Shown: positions 11,088 to 21,388 of the stretch, one piece after another | How positions within the stretch are numbered: position 1 is the stretch's first letter | How the letters are laid out: each line of letters starts with the position of its first letter | Source: Fastidiosibacter lacustris | Lineage (GTDB): Bacteria; Pseudomonadota; Gammaproteobacteria; Francisellales; Francisellaceae | Assembly: GCF_003428155.1 (NCBI RefSeq) | Contig: NZ_QLIR01000014.1 | Coordinates: 1 to 32,000 of the forward strand | Direction of reading: 5' to 3' | DNA length: 32,000 nt | Notes under the pieces: generated by a model | Seen by the model: the letters and a program-made list of their open reading frames with translations, nothing else | What the model was told of the DNA's origin: nothing | Database searches by the model: none | Position numbers and translations under genes: made by a program

Positions 11088-12524
11088 ATGTCAAACTTAA
11101 AGCGGAATTTGAAAGCACGCCATTTGATTATGATTGCATTGGGGGGATCTATTGGAACAGGGCTTTTTCTAGCCAGTGGCAGTGCGATTTATGAAGCGGG
11201 ACCAGGTGGTGCAATGTTAGCTTACACCATCATCTCAATAATGGTTTATTTTTTAATGTGTAGTCTTGGAGAGATGGCAGCACATTCGCCAACAACAGGT
11301 ACATTCTGTGAATATTCTAGCAAATATGTGAGTCCAGAATTTGGATTTGCTATGGGTTGGAATTATTGGTTTAACTGGGCGATTACTATTGCCGCTGAAA
11401 TTATTGCCGCTTCATTTATTATGCAATATTGGTTTCCAAACGTGCATACTATCTATTGGAGTGTATTGTTCTTTGTATTGATATTTGGTCTTAATCTTCT
11501 GGCAGTCAAAGTTTATGGCGAAACGGAATATTGGCTTTCATTTATCAAAGTTGCATTTGTGATTATCTTCATTGTGGTTGGTATTCTGACTCTTGTTGGC
11601 GTCACGGGTATGGGAGGCTCTGTAGGCTTCGAAAATTGGCATATAGGTGATGCACCTTTTCATAATGGTGCAATTGGCTTTATGGCTGTGTTTTTGATTG
11701 CAGGGTTCTCATTTCAAGGTACAGAACTTGTTGGAGTGGCAGCAGGAGAAGCCGATAATCCACGCAGTTCTATTCCACAAGCGATTAAGCGCACTTTTTG
11801 GAGATTGGTGATTTTTTATATACTTGCAATTGGTATTATCAGTTTTTTAATTCCTTATACAAGCGAAATTCTGGTAAATAAAAACTCAGATATTGCAGTT
11901 AGTCCATTTACGATTGTTTTTAAAAATGCAGGGCTTACTTATGCGGCCACCATCATGAATGCTGTAATTTTGATTGCTATTTTGTCTGCTTGTAACGCAA
12001 GTATGTATTCAGCGACACGGATTATGTGGCATTTGGCACATACTAAACAAGCCCCGCGCTTATTTGCTTACATCAATCGTCAGGGTATTCCAGTAAATGC
12101 ACTTTTGATTACCGGACTTATAGGCTGCTTTTTCTTTTTGACTTCCTTTTTAGAAAATGGAGCGGTGTTTATTTGGCTTGTTAATATTTCCTCTTTAGCA
12201 GGTTTTATTGCTTGGTTTGGCATTGCATTAAGCCATTATCGTTTTCGTCGCGCATATCTTATCCAAGGCTATGCACTAAAAGATTTACCCTATAAGTCAA
12301 AATGGTTCCCAATGGCACCCATTCTTGCCATGATTTTGATTGCCATCATTATTTTAGGACAGGAGTTTCATGACATCTTGACAGGTAATCTAACTTGGCA
12401 GAAATTTTTTGCCATCTATATTGGCTTTATTTTATTTCTAGTACTTTTGATCGGCTATAAACTCGTAAAGCATAGTAAACTTATTCCCCTGGCTAAGTGT
12501 GACGTGAAAGCGAAGAAACACTAA
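11088..12524 (+). CDS. Amino acid permease (APC superfamily, AroP/LysP/GabP-like)
   Basis: MIALGGSIGTGLFLASGSAIYEAGPGGA is the AAT-family N-terminal signature. ATG at 11088 has upstream GGGAAAGGAAAG. Confidence 0.9.
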   Translation: MSNLKRNLKARHLIMIALGGSIGTGLFLASGSAIYEAGPGGAMLAYTIISIMVYFLMCSLGEMAAHSPTTGTFCEYSSKYVSPEFGFAMGWNYWFNWAITIAAEIIAASFIMQYWFPNVHTIYWSVLFFVLIFGLNLLAVKVYGETEYWLSFIKVAFVIIFIVVGILTLVGVTGMGGSVGFENWHIGDAPFHNGAIGFMAVFLIAGFSFQGTELVGVAAGEADNPRSSIPQAIKRTFWRLVIFYILAIGIISFLIPYTSEILVNKNSDIAVSPFTIVFKNAGLTYAATIMNAVILIAILSACNASMYSATRIMWHLAHTKQAPRLFAYINRQGIPVNALLITGLIGCFFFLTSFLENGAVFIWLVNISSLAGFIAWFGIALSHYRFRRAYLIQGYALKDLPYKSKWFPMAPILAMILIAIIILGQEFHDILTGNLTWQKFFAIYIGFILFLVLLIGYKLVKHSKLIPLAKCDVKAKKH

Positions 12525-12945
12525 AGTATGTAGTAACAGCATTGATTGGCAGTAATGAGGTATAAATATTTTCTTTTAAGGATATATCAAAGAATATGAG
12601 CATATTAGCAAAGGTTATATAAAAGCTAAAAGTGATTTAGCTATATTACTATTGAGCATCTAGGTGCTGAAATCTTACTGTATGGCTTTATTCGTAACAG
12701 CCAATCACGAATGACAGTGAGAATTGAAGGTTATTGACAAGGAAATGGCGATCAAGATATTCATTTACACGTGCAAAAGCAACATTTATATGCTTTTGAC
12801 TCAAAAATACAAAAGCGCTTAGATTTAGGTAAATATGTAATGATAAAGGTCGTTTAGGCATAAATACGCTTTTTAAATGTTTGACACTAAAATTTATGAG
12901 TGGTATATACTTAATTTTCATTACTCTAGGTAGAGTTTTACATTT

Positions 12946-14226
12946 ATGAACTTTTCCACACAGTTAAAAGCGGCAACAATTGATAGTATTAAAGGGATTC
13001 TAACTAGCCGCAAGATGCTGGTGATGTTTTTATTAGGCTATTCTTCTGGTTTGCCTTTGATGTTAACCGCCTCATCTTTGCTGTTATGGTATAAAGAGGC
13101 AGGAATAAGCATTCAAGATATCGGTCTTTTGTCACTGGTGGCAATTCCATATACGATTAAATATCTGTGGTCACCTGTTATCGATCGTATAAGCTTTAAA
13201 TATTTAGGACGCAGAAAAGGTTGGATATTGCTTATGCAGCTTATACTCATTTTTTGCGTATTCTTGTTGAGTCAATTCTCACCTTCCAGTTCCCCTGTTA
13301 TGATTGCGATCATTGCATTGGCAATTTGTTTTTTTTCAGCAACTCAAGATATTGCTATAAATGCCTATCAAACAGAAATACTAAATGAAGATGAGAGAGC
13401 TTTAGGCAGTTCAGTATCAGTTTTGGGTTATCGTGTTGCAATGATGGTGACAGGTGCACTGTTATTGATAATAGTTGAGTATTTTGATAATAATTGGAAT
13501 AAAGGGATGCAGGCGCTTATTCCTTTTTTTACCATAGGATTGCTAGGGACGCTATTGGCAAAAGAAGCTAAGGTGACAAATCAACCTAAAACATTCGTTG
13601 ATGCAGTTATTCTGCCGTTTTATGATTTTTTCACTCGGCGTGGAATATGGGTGGCAACCGTAATGTTACTCATTATTGTTTTTTATAAATTTAGTGATGC
13701 TTTGGCATTTTCACTTAATACAGTTTTCTTTTCAGAGCTTGGGTTTGATAAAACTACTATTGCCGTTTCATATAAGTTTAACGCGCTTATATTTACTTTT
13801 ATTGGTTTAGTTTTAGGTGGGATGCTTGCCAAAGGCTTTGGATTGTTTCGTACTTTTTTATGGTTGAGTGTGCTAATGGCGACTGCCAATTTAATGTATA
13901 TGTGGCTTGCTCTTATTGGTAAAAGTTATTATTTGATGGTGCTATCTGTTGCCATTGAATACATGATTGGTGCAATGGGGACAGCTGTATTGGTTGCGAT
14001 GATTATGAGCTTGGTCAATAAAAGTTTCTCGGCAACACAATTTGCTGTATTAAGCTCGATTGATTCGTTAGGAAGAGTGTTAGTAGGGCCAATGGCTGGA
14101 TGGATTCAAACACATTGGGGGTGGTCAGCATTATTCTTTGTGAGTTTTGCTATTGGAATTGCAATCGCTTTCGGGATATGGCGAGCAAGAAGACAAATTA
14201 TGTTAATGGCAAATTTACATGGCTAA
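12946..14226 (+). CDS. ampG: AmpG-like muropeptide permease (MFS/PAT family)
   Basis: MLVMFLLGYSSGLPLMLTASSLLLWYKEAGIS...IPYTIKYLWSPVIDR and ATQDIAINAYQTEIL are AmpG-like motifs. Confidence 0.85.
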   Translation: MNFSTQLKAATIDSIKGILTSRKMLVMFLLGYSSGLPLMLTASSLLLWYKEAGISIQDIGLLSLVAIPYTIKYLWSPVIDRISFKYLGRRKGWILLMQLILIFCVFLLSQFSPSSSPVMIAIIALAICFFSATQDIAINAYQTEILNEDERALGSSVSVLGYRVAMMVTGALLLIIVEYFDNNWNKGMQALIPFFTIGLLGTLLAKEAKVTNQPKTFVDAVILPFYDFFTRRGIWVATVMLLIIVFYKFSDALAFSLNTVFFSELGFDKTTIAVSYKFNALIFTFIGLVLGGMLAKGFGLFRTFLWLSVLMATANLMYMWLALIGKSYYLMVLSVAIEYMIGAMGTAVLVAMIMSLVNKSFSATQFAVLSSIDSLGRVLVGPMAGWIQTHWGWSALFFVSFAIGIAIAFGIWRARRQIMLMANLHG

Positions 14227-14412
14227 TTGTATTGACTGTTATGGTTGTGCATGTGTATTGATTTTTTTATTTGAAGCAGTTTAAGGGGGTAAGAGCGTTT
14301 AAGTCTACTTTGGAAGCTATAAAGTGAGTGATTTTGAAATTTGTTGCATTTGCATAGTGCTTAAGAACTGATAAACTTACACCTACAAATAGCTGTTTGT
14401 TGGTTTTAGCAT

Positions 14413-14709
14413 TTGAAAATAAATGATGAAGATGAGTTAAAGCTTCCCGTTAAACTTCGTGATCACCAGGGAAACCTTATTATTATTTATATTTCATACG
14501 CTGATGAAGGGATCACATTTAGTTACCTTGAATCCTCAGCCACTTACCCTGAAGAGCTAAATATTCTTGGTTGGCTTGAATCTGTTACCAAAAAGAAGAT
14601 ACTACATTTCCCCAAAAATTTGGACTACATCTACGAAGAATGTGAGCAAAATCCAGAAAATATACTGAGCATTTTTTACCATTACTTTTCTGCCATTCGC
14701 TATTTGTGA
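14413..14709 (+). CDS. Hypothetical protein, 98 aa
   Basis: Open frame in a convergent gap between ampG-like and rlmH. Well-formed composition but no recognised domain. Confidence 0.45.
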   Translation: MKINDEDELKLPVKLRDHQGNLIIIYISYADEGITFSYLESSATYPEELNILGWLESVTKKKILHFPKNLDYIYEECEQNPENILSIFYHYFSAIRYL

Positions 14710-15170
14710 TAAGGGTGCCCTTGCAATATTGTCCATGCACGGTAAATTTGCTCTGCAAAAATGATGCGTACAATCGGGTGTGGGAAAGTCATTCTTGATA
14801 ATGAGATTTTTTCTTGAGCCTGTGCTTTAATACATTGATCAATACCATCAGGACCACCGATGACAATTGCGACATTAGGCGTATGTTGCTGCCAGTTTTG
14901 AATTCTTTGTGCCAACTCTTCTGTACTTATTTGTTTAGATTGAACGTCTAATATTACTAAATGATCATTGTCATCAAATCTGGATAGTAGTGTTTTTGCT
15001 TCTTGCTCCAAGTATTTTGCAATGCTAGCGGTTTTAGTCCGCTTTGCAATAGGTAGCTCAATAAGCTGTAATTGAATCGTAGATCCTGATAGACGCCTAC
15101 TATATTCATCAAAACCAGCCATGACCCATTTGGGCATTTTCTCGCCTAAAGCTAAGAGTTTTATTTTCAT
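14700..15170 (-). CDS. rlmH: 23S rRNA (pseudouridine(1915)-N(3))-methyltransferase RlmH
   Basis: VIGGPDGI, SLSRMTFPHPIVRIIFAEQIYRAWTILQGHPYHK. Start taken at MKIKLLALG. Confidence 0.95.
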   Translation of the reverse strand: MKIKLLALGEKMPKWVMAGFDEYSRRLSGSTIQLQLIELPIAKRTKTASIAKYLEQEAKTLLSRFDDNDHLVILDVQSKQISTEELAQRIQNWQQHTPNVAIVIGGPDGIDQCIKAQAQEKISLSRMTFPHPIVRIIFAEQIYRAWTILQGHPYHK

Positions 15171-15940
15171 GGCTTTACTCGAGTAAAGCAAAGCAAATAT
15201 GTATGTGAGAGTTCAGAGTTAAAGGTATAACCATCATAATCAAATGCCTTAAGTCCATCTATGGTGTTGATACGATGGTCAAGAATGAAACGTACCATAC
15301 GCCCTCGTGCGCGTTTGGCAAAAAGTGCGATTGTTTGGTATTTATTCATATGGTGTTCTTTAAAATCGACTTCTAGCCACGTTGCATGAATTGCTTTCTG
15401 ATCGATTACTTTACTATATTCATTTGAAGCTAGATTAACAATCACTTTGTGCTCACTGGTAGCAATAATTTCGTTTAACTTTGTAGTAAGTTTAGCGCGC
15501 CAAAAATCATATAACAGCAAGTTATCAATATAAAACTTTACTCCCATTTCTAAGCGATAGGCTTGAATTAAGTCAAGCGGACGAATAAGTCCATATAATC
15601 CTGAGATCATCAATACATGATTTTGTGCATAGTCGAGTTGGTTGGCAGTTAAACTTAACGTATCTAGCCCACGATATACATCGCCTGTAAAGGCAAAAAG
15701 TGCTTGCTTAGCATTCGCTTTAGTATAATTTTGGTTGTCAAAATTAACATACATATCAAATACCTTCTCGGCAAGCTTAGGCGATATTTTCATTAAGGTC
15801 TCAAATTGATCTGGAGAATAGTGTTTTAGCTTTTGCACAAGTTGTGTAATTTCATTTTTAAATAATACATCAGTTGCTTTATCCGTTGGTACGTTGTTGC
15901 TAAAATCCTGACTTTTAGCTGGTGAAATCAAGCTTAACAT
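15167..15940 (-). CDS. yaaA: Peroxide stress protein YaaA (UPF0246)
   Basis: MLSLISPAKSQDF N-terminus, LSGLYGLIRPLDLIQAYRLEMG and NLASNEYSKV are YaaA-family motifs. Confidence 0.93.
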   Translation of the reverse strand: MLSLISPAKSQDFSNNVPTDKATDVLFKNEITQLVQKLKHYSPDQFETLMKISPKLAEKVFDMYVNFDNQNYTKANAKQALFAFTGDVYRGLDTLSLTANQLDYAQNHVLMISGLYGLIRPLDLIQAYRLEMGVKFYIDNLLLYDFWRAKLTTKLNEIIATSEHKVIVNLASNEYSKVIDQKAIHATWLEVDFKEHHMNKYQTIALFAKRARGRMVRFILDHRINTIDGLKAFDYDGYTFNSELSHTYLLCFTRVKP

Positions 15941-16165
15941 AATATTTCTTATTTAAAATAACCTTGGTGCACATTGTAACAGAATATACTTAGGTCTAAA
16001 TAGGTGTAGCCTTTAGTTTTAGCCAAAAAAACTCATACCTTTTTCAGATCACAATTGTTACAATGTTGACGATTTTCAACGAACACCAACCTTCCTGTAT
16101 GGCTATTTTTGTTATGGCAATAAGCATGATGTTGGTGCACAAAGACTTAATCAAAGAGGCGTAGA

Positions 16166-17134
16166 ATGGATCGTAATTTAGCACTAGAAACCGTAAGAGT
16201 CACTGAAGCTGCAGCCCTATCTGCTTGGCGTCAAATGGGCAAAGGGGATGAAAAAGCCGCAGATCAAGTTGCAGTTGATGCCATGCGTCGTGCCTTAAAT
16301 GGACTAGATATTAATGGTACGGTTGTTATTGGTGAGGGTGAGCGTGATGAGGCTCCTATGCTTTATATTGGTGAGAAAGTTGGTAAAGGTGGTCCTAAAG
16401 TTGATATTGCTTTAGATCCATTAGAGGGGACGACCATCACAGCAAAGGGTGGTCCTAATGCACTGGCGGTTATCGCTATGGCTGAAGATGGTGGTTTTTT
16501 AAATGCTCCAGATGTCTACATGGAGAAAATTGCAGTTGGTGGACATGGCTTACCAAAGGATATCATCGACATCAATGCAGAACCTGCTGAAAATCTAAAA
16601 CGTTTAGCTGATTTTAAAGCTATCCCAATAGAAGCCTTAGTAGTGTGTATTTTGGAGCGTCCAAGACATGAAGAAATCATTCGCAAAGTGCGTGAGGCAG
16701 GTGCGCGTATTGCACTTATTGGTGATGGCGATGTTTCGGCTGTTATAGCTACAGCACAAGAAGACAGTGGTATTGATATGTATATGGGTGTAGGTGGCGC
16801 GCCTGAAGGGGTGTTAGCTGCTGCTGCCTTACGTTGTCTAGGTGGACAAATGCAGGGGAGATTAATTTTCAGAAATGATGATGAAAAAGCGCGTGCTAAA
16901 AAATGGGGCATTGCGGATCTGAATAAAATCTATCATTTAACCGACCTTGCTTCTGGTAATGTGCTTTTTGCAGCCACGGGTGTGACTGATGGTCAAATGT
17001 TAAAAGGTGTAAAACGCAAGGGTCAAATCGCAAAAACACATAGTTTGGTCATGCGCTCTGTTTCTGGTACGATTCGACATATTGAAGCGGAACATAACTT
17101 CAACTTTAAAAAAGGTTTTGAATATTTAGGTTGA
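16166..17134 (+). CDS. glpX: Class II fructose-1,6-bisphosphatase
   Basis: GEGERDEAPMLYIGEKVG and DIALDPLEGTTITAKG motifs. 322 aa. Confidence 0.96.
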   Translation: MDRNLALETVRVTEAAALSAWRQMGKGDEKAADQVAVDAMRRALNGLDINGTVVIGEGERDEAPMLYIGEKVGKGGPKVDIALDPLEGTTITAKGGPNALAVIAMAEDGGFLNAPDVYMEKIAVGGHGLPKDIIDINAEPAENLKRLADFKAIPIEALVVCILERPRHEEIIRKVREAGARIALIGDGDVSAVIATAQEDSGIDMYMGVGGAPEGVLAAAALRCLGGQMQGRLIFRNDDEKARAKKWGIADLNKIYHLTDLASGNVLFAATGVTDGQMLKGVKRKGQIAKTHSLVMRSVSGTIRHIEAEHNFNFKKGFEYLG

Positions 17135-17145
17135 GTCATAACAAT

Positions 17146-18018
17146 ATGCTGTCCTATCAACAACTTGCCATATTTACTGCGATTGCCGAGCATGGCAGTA
17201 TCACTAAAGCATCAGAAGCGCTCAATTTAACACAGCCTGCATTAAGTAGTGCTTTGTCAGGATTAGAAGCGAAATTAGGCGTGAAACTTTTTGATCGTGT
17301 TGATCGTAAAATTGTACTTAACCATAATGGGGAGCGTCTTTATCCTCAAGCTGTTAAGCTTTTGGAAGAGGTAGCTAAAGTCCAAAGTTTTTTCTCTCAT
17401 AACCAAGCGCTTTGTGGTAAGATCCGCATTGCTGCAAGCAACACCATTGGCAACTATGTTTTACCACCGCGTATGGCGAGTTTTAAAACCAAATACCCAA
17501 ATGTGCAATTGATACTAACTATCTCTAATAGTGAGCAAGTTATTGAGCAAGTGATCCAGCATCAAGTTGAAATTGGATTCATAGAGACAAATTGTCTAAA
17601 TAACCAAATCAACTCTTTCCCTTTTGCCCAGGATGAACTGGTTTTATTTGTGTCAAAACAACACCCATTAGTAGGTAAGAACAATGTGAGCATAATGGAC
17701 TTAAAAGACTATCCATTTATTTTGCGTGAACGTGGCTCAGGCACAAGAGGCATTCTAGAGCAAAACTTCTTACCTTTAATGAACTATCAACTCAATATTT
17801 TTTTAGAACTTGGCAGTAGTGCAGCAGTATGCTTAGCGGTTAAGAATAGCCAAGCTATCGGTTGTATTTCACGTCATGCCTTAGTCGATCAACCTGAGTG
17901 TGTTATTTTAACATGTGATATGTTTGAGTTGAAACGTGATTTTCTTGTTGTTCAAAACAAGCGCACACATATTTCAGAGCTTACCGAAGAATGGTTGGAC
18001 TGGGTTATTAATAAGTAA
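17146..18018 (+). CDS. LysR family transcriptional regulator
   Basis: MLSYQQLAIFTAIAEHGSITKASEALNLTQPALSSALSGLEAKLGVKLFDR is an LTTR HTH. The reported ORF starts at a TTG at 17131 overlapping the glpX stop. Confidence 0.93.
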   Translation: MLSYQQLAIFTAIAEHGSITKASEALNLTQPALSSALSGLEAKLGVKLFDRVDRKIVLNHNGERLYPQAVKLLEEVAKVQSFFSHNQALCGKIRIAASNTIGNYVLPPRMASFKTKYPNVQLILTISNSEQVIEQVIQHQVEIGFIETNCLNNQINSFPFAQDELVLFVSKQHPLVGKNNVSIMDLKDYPFILRERGSGTRGILEQNFLPLMNYQLNIFLELGSSAAVCLAVKNSQAIGCISRHALVDQPECVILTCDMFELKRDFLVVQNKRTHISELTEEWLDWVINK

Positions 18019-18068
18019 AATTAATGTGTCCAATAACTTTTAAAAAATTTAATTTATTTTTATTGTCA

Positions 18069-18087
18069 AATATACTATCAGTATATT
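18069..18087 (+). promoter_or_regulatory. Candidate operator (LTTR-type palindrome) upstream of the TehA-like gene
   Basis: AATATACT-ATC-AGTATATT, perfect 8-bp arms, between the LysR gene and the transporter. Confidence 0.45.
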
Positions 18088-18107
18088 AAATTGCTTAAAG
18101 GTGTATT

Positions 18108-19112
18108 ATGAGACAACGTATTAAAACAATTTTAGAAAATACGCCAACTCCGATGGCAGGTTTGGCATTGGGTATATCAGGCTTAGGTTGGAGTGCTGAA
18201 AATGCACTTTCTACTCATCATACTTTGCAGATTACAAGCGCGGGAATAGCATTAATATTGATCCTAGTCGTAGCCAGTAAATTTATGCTCTGGCCACAAA
18301 AACTGCTTACTGACCTATCTCATCCTGTTATTGGTAGCGTTGTCCCTACATTTGCGATGACACTTATGATTATTTCTAATAGTATCGAATATTTCAATCA
18401 TATTCTAGCTGAAATTGTATGGCTTATTGCAGTGATCATTCATTTGTTATTCTTAGCTACTTTTATCTTTCACAGAGCGAAAGTCTTTGAATTACATCAC
18501 ATGGTACCGTCATGGTTTGTACCACCAGTTGGGATTATTGTTGCTGACGTTGCTTTTCCAGGTGGGGTATTACAGCCATTGGCAATCACTTTGCTTTATT
18601 TCGGACTTGTTTGTTATGCAATTTTACTACCTGTAATGCTTTATCGCATTATTTTTTGTCATGAGATACCTGATGCGTCTAAACCAACTATTGCAATTTT
18701 TGCTGCACCTGCAAGTTTATCTTTAGCAGGTTACTTGACTGTTATCGAAGATCCTTCGCCAAATGTTGTTATCCTCCTTGTTGGTATTGCAATTCTCATG
18801 ACTGCTTTAATTTACATTGCATTTATTAAACTCATGACGCTTCCTTTTAGCCCAGGCTTTTCAGCATTTACGTTCCCAATGGCCATTGGCTCAACAGCTT
18901 TATTTAAAACAGCACATTGGGCAGAAACCGTTATACATCTTCCACCAGAATACGTTGCCCAAATATATTACCTTGCTGTATTTGAGCTTATTATCGCCAC
19001 ACTTGTTATTGGGTTTGTTGCCCAGCAATATTTGTATCACTTAGTGTTGAAAAAATTCAATATAGGTGCTGTAAACAAGGTGAGTGGGATGAAAAAGAAG
19101 ATTAACGCTTAG
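18108..19112 (+). CDS. TehA/TDT (SLAC1-like) family transporter
   Basis: TPMAGLALGISGLGW N-terminus, PSWFVPPVGIIVADVAFPG and FSAFTFPMAIGSTAL are TDT-family features. About ten TMs. Confidence 0.82.
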   Translation: MRQRIKTILENTPTPMAGLALGISGLGWSAENALSTHHTLQITSAGIALILILVVASKFMLWPQKLLTDLSHPVIGSVVPTFAMTLMIISNSIEYFNHILAEIVWLIAVIIHLLFLATFIFHRAKVFELHHMVPSWFVPPVGIIVADVAFPGGVLQPLAITLLYFGLVCYAILLPVMLYRIIFCHEIPDASKPTIAIFAAPASLSLAGYLTVIEDPSPNVVILLVGIAILMTALIYIAFIKLMTLPFSPGFSAFTFPMAIGSTALFKTAHWAETVIHLPPEYVAQIYYLAVFELIIATLVIGFVAQQYLYHLVLKKFNIGAVNKVSGMKKKINA

Positions 19113-19148
19113 TTGCTAAAAAACTAAACGATTTTGATTTTATGTTAT

Positions 19149-19910
19149 TTACTGATATGCTGATATAACTGCTGTTTGGTTGAGTTTAAATCCTGATGGA
19201 TTAGTTATTATTTTATAATCTCCAGCTACTACTCCATCTGCTGCTATTGAAGTGATTTCGCCTAAATCTGCTAAAACTTTACCAATGGTTGCAATTGTAA
19301 AAGCTCCATATTCTGATTGTAATACTAAGCCATAGTTATTGACTGAATAGATGCGATAACGATTTGTAACTTTATCTTCATTTGTCGCTACTACTGTCTG
19401 TGGTTGTGGTAATTTTGCATTTATTACCGGAGCGCTACTAGAGATATGCTTAAGCTTAGCATCAATTTGCTTCATAAGCTCATCACTGACTTTATCTAAG
19501 TTTTTTGTCTGCTTTTGGATTTCATCAAGCTTCATCTGTATTTGTTGTAATTGCGTTACCGCCTCAGTATTGCCATTTAGAATCATCTGCTGTAAATCAG
19601 CAATTTTAGCATCTGTTGATTTACGCACTTGCTTTGCTTCTGCGTGTATGATGTCAGAGAGTGTATTGCGAATCTCTCCTGCTTGATCCTCAATATGTGT
19701 TTGTAAAACCTGTTGGTGTGCTAGGATATCTTTTTGATTCTTAATGATAAATATTTCAAAAATCAAAACACATATCATTGCTCCAATGCAAATAAACACA
19801 AGTTTCTTTTGTTGGGTTATCGGTACTTTTTTTGGCTGTTCATCATATATGTTATTGGTTGAATGATTATCCTGTGGTTTTTTATTCCATATTTTAAATA
19901 AATTCTTCAT
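19149..19910 (-). CDS. Bitopic inner-membrane protein with central coiled coil, unknown function
   Basis: Single TM (KLVFICIGAMICVLIFEIFII), then a heptad-like Gln/Lys/Asp-rich region, then a globular C-terminal domain of about 70 aa. Confidence 0.6.
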   Translation of the reverse strand: MKNLFKIWNKKPQDNHSTNNIYDEQPKKVPITQQKKLVFICIGAMICVLIFEIFIIKNQKDILAHQQVLQTHIEDQAGEIRNTLSDIIHAEAKQVRKSTDAKIADLQQMILNGNTEAVTQLQQIQMKLDEIQKQTKNLDKVSDELMKQIDAKLKHISSSAPVINAKLPQPQTVVATNEDKVTNRYRIYSVNNYGLVLQSEYGAFTIATIGKVLADLGEITSIAADGVVAGDYKIITNPSGFKLNQTAVISAYQ

Positions 19911-20077
19911 AGCATTAACGCGATTTTGTTTTGCAATTGATGTGCTAAGTATATATCACTCACAAACCATTTTGCAGTATTTCTTGTTCTGCCTAGTAAT
20001 TAATAGTGATTTCTTATTTTTCTTGTTTATACTTTTAAGTTCCATGATTTGGAGAAAAACAACACAAGGATAATGAT

Positions 20078-20596
20078 ATGCCAAAATATAACGTTCTTAT
20101 TCGATTACTGCATACACTTGTTGCGCTAGGAGTGATTTTACAAGTTATCGTTGGCTTTTTCTTTGATGATATGTTCAGTAAGCTTAACCCTGCATTTTTC
20201 ATGACCATCCATAAATCTATAGGTTTAAGTTTATTCTTACTTATTGTGTTTTTAATCATTACGCGTATATTTTCCAATAAAATTCCCTATCCCAAAGAAA
20301 TGCCCGTCATCCAGCGGATGCTTGCTAAATTGGTGCACTGGGGATTGTATTTGTGTATATTACTCATGTCATTGTCAGGTTTTATAGCATCACAACTCTT
20401 TCATAGCAAATGGCAATATTTTTATTGGTTTGATATCCCCAATTTCTTACCGAAAAATCCTGGGCTTGGACGTGAGATTTTTAGCTGGCACCCTTTTATT
20501 GCTATGATTTTATTGGTGCTTGTCATTTTGCACATATTAGCTGCACTTTCCCATCAGTTTATTGCTAAAGATAAAATCATGCAAAAAATGTTTTAA
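20078..20596 (+). CDS. Cytochrome b561 family protein
   Basis: Four-TM b561 pattern: RLLHTLVALGVILQVIVGFF, HKSIGLSLFLLIVFLIITRI, HWGLYLCILLMSLSGF, HILAALSHQFI. Confidence 0.88.
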   Translation: MPKYNVLIRLLHTLVALGVILQVIVGFFFDDMFSKLNPAFFMTIHKSIGLSLFLLIVFLIITRIFSNKIPYPKEMPVIQRMLAKLVHWGLYLCILLMSLSGFIASQLFHSKWQYFYWFDIPNFLPKNPGLGREIFSWHPFIAMILLVLVILHILAALSHQFIAKDKIMQKMF

Positions 20597-21159
20597 TCTC
20601 TTAAAACCTCGTTGCTAATAAGGTTGATAACGCGTGAAGGTTTTGCTGCAATAAAATTTTGTTGTGGATGAATATAATCTAGCTGATCACCAAAATAATG
20701 TTGTACCTTATCATAGGAAGTGGCAGGCGGTTGATTGGATAGATTTGCGCTTGTTGAGATAATCGCGCATCCTAGTGTTATTGTTAGCTCCTTAAGTAGT
20801 GGATGATCTGTTAAACGTACCGCAATCGTACCAAAATCACCAGTTAACCAACGGTATTCATGTTTCACTGGTACTACCCATGTCGTTGGTTTATCTTGTC
20901 TTTGACTGAGTATTTCTAGCTGTTTTTCATTGAGCTTTTCGGTATCTATTAACGCTAATAAATGTGAAATGTCACCAGATAATACAATAAATCCTTTCTT
21001 TAAATCGCGCTGTTTCAACGCTATAACTTTTTCAACAGCCGCTTTTTGAATAATACAACTTAAGCCATAAACAGATTCTGTTGGTAATCCTAACACTTTA
21101 CCATTTTTAAGCATTACGGCTATCTGTGCTAGGGTTTTATAAAATTTTTCAGTGCCCAT
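20593..21159 (-). CDS. tsaC: L-threonylcarbamoyladenylate synthase (Sua5/YciO/YrdC family)
   Basis: GKVLGLPTESVYGLSC, KQRDLKKGFIVLSG, KPTTWVVP, VRLTDHPL, ISTSANLSNQPP. Start taken at MGTEKFYK (21159). The reported ORF extends to 21330. Confidence 0.9.
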   Translation of the reverse strand: MGTEKFYKTLAQIAVMLKNGKVLGLPTESVYGLSCIIQKAAVEKVIALKQRDLKKGFIVLSGDISHLLALIDTEKLNEKQLEILSQRQDKPTTWVVPVKHEYRWLTGDFGTIAVRLTDHPLLKELTITLGCAIISTSANLSNQPPATSYDKVQHYFGDQLDYIHPQQNFIAAKPSRVINLISNEVLRD

Positions 21160-21388
21160 GTGTTTTTTCCAAATTTGCCATTTAGGTTCATCAATGCTAA
21201 CGTTGATTATTCTGATAATCAATATACAGATAAAATCTAGAGTAAAGGGTGTGGGTCTAGCAGGCAATAGATAAGGTCTTGGCAATGACAAGACGCATTT
21301 TTTAAAATTTATTCTTGCAATTTTTAGCATCAGCTCAATCTATTGCCAATACGTTTTTTAACCCAAACGCTAAGTGGGGAATTGTTTT

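Noticed and set aside
12688-12921. Minus-strand 77-aa ORF
   Set aside because: AT-rich intergenic region, no recognisable domain. Considered as a gene remnant but no supporting evidence.
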